Source: Octopus bimaculoides
Lineage: Eukaryota
Assembly: GCF_001194135.2 (NCBI RefSeq)
Contig: NC_068987.1
Coordinates: forward strand, 83,968,174 to 84,005,063
Direction of reading: 5' to 3'
DNA: 36,890 nt
Position numbers and translations under genes: made by a program. The notes beneath the pieces are model-generated. The model worked only from the letters and a program-made list of their open reading frames with translations, was not told where the DNA came from and did no database searches. Below, piece after piece: positions 33,759-36,890 of this stretch (positions are counted from its first letter, which is position 1; each line of letters opens with the position of its first letter).

Positions 33759-35329
33759 ATCGGTACCAAACAGTGCGATTGCATTTTTAACGACGTAGGC
33801 TTTCGCCTTGCATATTTTCCCTCGAAATGTCACATTAGTCCACATTTCTCCTATGAAATGTAATTTGTCACCCGTCAAGCTACGAGAAGATTTCGCTGTT
33901 TCTCTCAACATAGGTTTCCTTATTTCTTCTATGTGTCCATACTTATCCTTGAAATATCACTTCCGGTATCCAATTAAAGTTTAATATGTATTCCATCTAT
34001 TTTTACGTGTACGAATTTTCTTATTTGGTAGTCGATTTTTGTTTCTGCTGAGAGTACTCTAAGATTTTTAACATTTGACTATCGTAATTTTGTTCTGCTG
34101 TGTGAACTATTGTAATCAATTTCTTTGCAACTGTAGAACGTGGTGATCTTTTTTGGCTGTATTTTTCCGGTCGGCATATCTATATTTTTGACGAATCTTT
34201 TTCTTTAATTTTTTCTTCATCGTGATTCAGGTTTACCATCCTTTGACATTCTTCTGCCACGATCTCTAAGGATAGATCTTGGTTCACTAGTTCCAATCTA
34301 GATAGAATTCTTGCTCGAATTTCTGTATCTTCGTTCTCTGTAAGAAAATAAGACACTTGAGCATCTCAGGTGTAAGTTCTTTGAGTTTAAAACTTTCACA
34401 CATCCTGTTGACAGTTCCTGAGTATGAGATAAATTCACCATTCTCTTTTTTCGTTATATTCCGACACTCCTTTCGAGTGTTAAATATAGAAGATTTATCA
34501 CCGAATATGTTAGACAGTAATTCTATTGTTTCTTTAGAACAAATCTCAATGGGTTTTTTGGACAATATAAAATCACAATAACGTTCATGCTCTAACGGAG
34601 CTAATTTTCGTAATAACAATCTCATTTTTTGTTCGTCCGACCATGATTTGCAATCTCGCTTCAAAATCTCCCCGTACCTTCTGTAATGCGATGCAAAAGT
34701 TATACTCTCTTCTGCGTTATAACTGAATACACTAATCGAGTTCGACAACCGTCTGGTGAAAACGAACTTTCCTCATTTTTTGACTTCTTTGAATATAGCT
34801 CCAATAATTTTTGTTGTTGCAGTTGTTGCTGTAATAGTTGCTGCTCTTGTTGTTGCCTTTGCATCTGTACTATGGAAGCTAATACGTCATCTATTATTTA
34901 ACAAGTTTCCCCACGAACAAATTGCTAAATAATGTACGTGAGCTTCGAAACCCTTGTCGCTAGATGTAACGTAATTTGTCAAGTACAATGAATGGGATAA
35001 CTAAATAACAGTAAAAACAATGTAACGAACTAACAAAACTCTCTACGAACCAACAATCAATATTCCATGTGAACGAACCAACCGACACCTTCCGACTTCA
35101 CTGTGAACTAACACGAACTTCACTCGACTCCGAACCTCTGAACTCACTCGAATCGTTACTATTTATACTTTACTCGGACCAGTCTATCTCTCGCAAGGGG
35201 TCATCGTAACTCTCATTGGAACATGACTGAAGCAAGTAACAGATAAAGAACCGACACTCATCTAACACGTGATGACATTAGACTCCTGAATGGACACAGA
35301 AAAGGGAAATGGGTCGTTATTGTCCAACA
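33759..35329 (-). mobile_element. Ty3/Gypsy (Mag/K02A2.6-like) LTR retrotransposon, 5' part only
   Basis: Gag at about 34290-34895 (poly-Q N-terminus, ITFASHYRRY..RLLLRKL..EHERYCDFIL..KCLIF); protease LDTGS at 33959-33973 and ...FIGEMWTNVTF..LFGTD ending at 33759. No RT, integrase or second LTR found. Confidence 0.88.
34965..35329 (-). repeat. Putative 5' LTR with TATA box, followed by a decayed PBS
   Basis: Minus strand runs TGTTGG...TTACA with TATAAATAG near 35158-35166, then TCTAGCGACAAGG (34952-34964), resembling the TGGCGACGAGG-type PBS of this clade. The outer boundary is uncertain without a second LTR. Confidence 0.65.
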
Positions 35330-36890
35330 CAATCGGTGGCTGATCAACCTTTTGAAAGAGCAAAGTGGCTGCTCAAGATTTTCGTGCGGCTCTAACCAAC
35401 GTCTGCTGCTGGCATGAGAGGTGTTCTACCATTGTACCAAAGCAATCCATCGAATTTCCTTATCCAGTTTAGAAATTTCATCCTTACCAGCGAGAATTGT
35501 AGACTGTTGACAACAAGAACTTTATAAACTTTCGAGAGAACGTGGAAGAATTTTTCTTTGAAATTAGTTCTCGATGTACGTATAAAGATTTAGATAATAA
35601 CATGGAACTTATGGGCTTGCAACCTCCATTTGGATAGAAAAAAGATTCGAACTCACTCTGCATTTACAATAGTATCTATTTAGTTCTTCCTTCTCTATTA
35701 ATTCTAGCCTTTCAACTCGTAACTTCACAACAGCTACATAAATGATCTCTCTAAATTGCGACGTTTAGTTTACATAAATTTAGATCTTTTATGTTGACGC
35801 TGATTATTGCCTAAATTACTTCAATTAGTCTAGTATACACATATGCTTGTTTGTTTATTCCCACACCATCTTCTCGTCAGCCACTTTCTCTATTTGATTT
35901 TATCTTATTCTGCTTCTATTTTAAATATTTATAGGTTAATGATTGCTGCCTCTGTAAATATGGCTATCTCTATTTTCGTTTCTTTTTTCTGTCCTCTCGT
36001 TCTTTTTCGATCCCAATCTTCTGAAATTTCGCAGAGACCTTTGCTGTTTCTCTACAATTCTTTTTCTTTATCATCCTTGAATTATAATTAACTGGATCTC
36101 CATTAATTAAAGCTAATATTCTATTAGTTCTGTAATAATTAATCGGAGTAATTTAATCACGAGAAATTAAGTAAATGAATAAGTAACGCTGGAATTTATT
36201 AACCATGTTACTTCTTTGATGTACAAAACAATATAACACGGTAAATGTTTTTTTCTTTCTTTGAGAACAACGTCCGCAACAATCTTCAATAAGATTTTTC
36301 TTGGGTCAAATGTCATGCTTAGCGCTTGTTATCTGCTGTTATATAAGCCTGTTTTACTAATAACAGCTTTAATGAATAATGTCGCTTAATTTAAGTAGTT
36401 ATATCTTTTAACTATTCTCTAATTTCCTGCTTTGCAATTGATTGTTGTCCTACCCACTTTGCATTTATCAAATCGTGTTATTCTGATTTGAATTTCCAAT
36501 TGTTAAACGGCTGATTCATTAGCATGTCACTGCTCCCTTATTCATTTGGAAAACCTGACGAGTTGCGAGTCGTGTAACATATCTCACACTCTTATGGATG
36601 TTGTACAAACTACATACCTAAATGTCACAATTCTTATCGAAACAATTGTAACTTTACCAGATAATCCATTTCGTTGTTTTTATTATGTTCTTTCGTCACA
36701 CTTAAGGTTCCATTCATCTTTGGATACTACTGGGGTTGAAGTGAAATCCTCTGTTGACGTATACCGTACTATAATGATGGATTATAATGATGGATTTGCA
36801 TCATTCGGTCAAGTCATTGATTGTAGCGTTTTTTACTTTGGTATGCTTCGATCTTTTATGAATGCCCTCTATCAAATATGCATATATATA

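Overview
Repeat-dominated, AT-rich animal genomic DNA with seven N-gaps, probably intergenic or intronic. The SINE families look like those I recall from octopus genomes (an inference, not a database match). I can support no intact host gene, RNA gene or CRISPR array; most long ORFs in the track are translated microsatellites. The window holds: (i) six fragments of R4/Dong-clade non-LTR retrotransposons, all abutting trinucleotide arrays, mostly (TAA)n, including a head-to-tail triple array at 18895-21120; (ii) a TIR-to-TIR Merlin (IS1016-like) DNA transposon with an 8-bp TSD; (iii) a truncated Ty3/Gypsy element with 5' LTR, PBS, gag and protease; (iv) four non-autonomous TIR elements (mariner foldback, TA-flanked foldback, TTAA/piggyBac-type, 8-bp-TSD hAT-type); (v) about 20 tRNA-derived SINE copies from three families, including two dimers with the same junction; (vi) RTE 3' remnants and many microsatellites. 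The most interesting signals are microsatellite-targeted and self-targeted retrotransposition. A few weak exon candidates remain unresolved.
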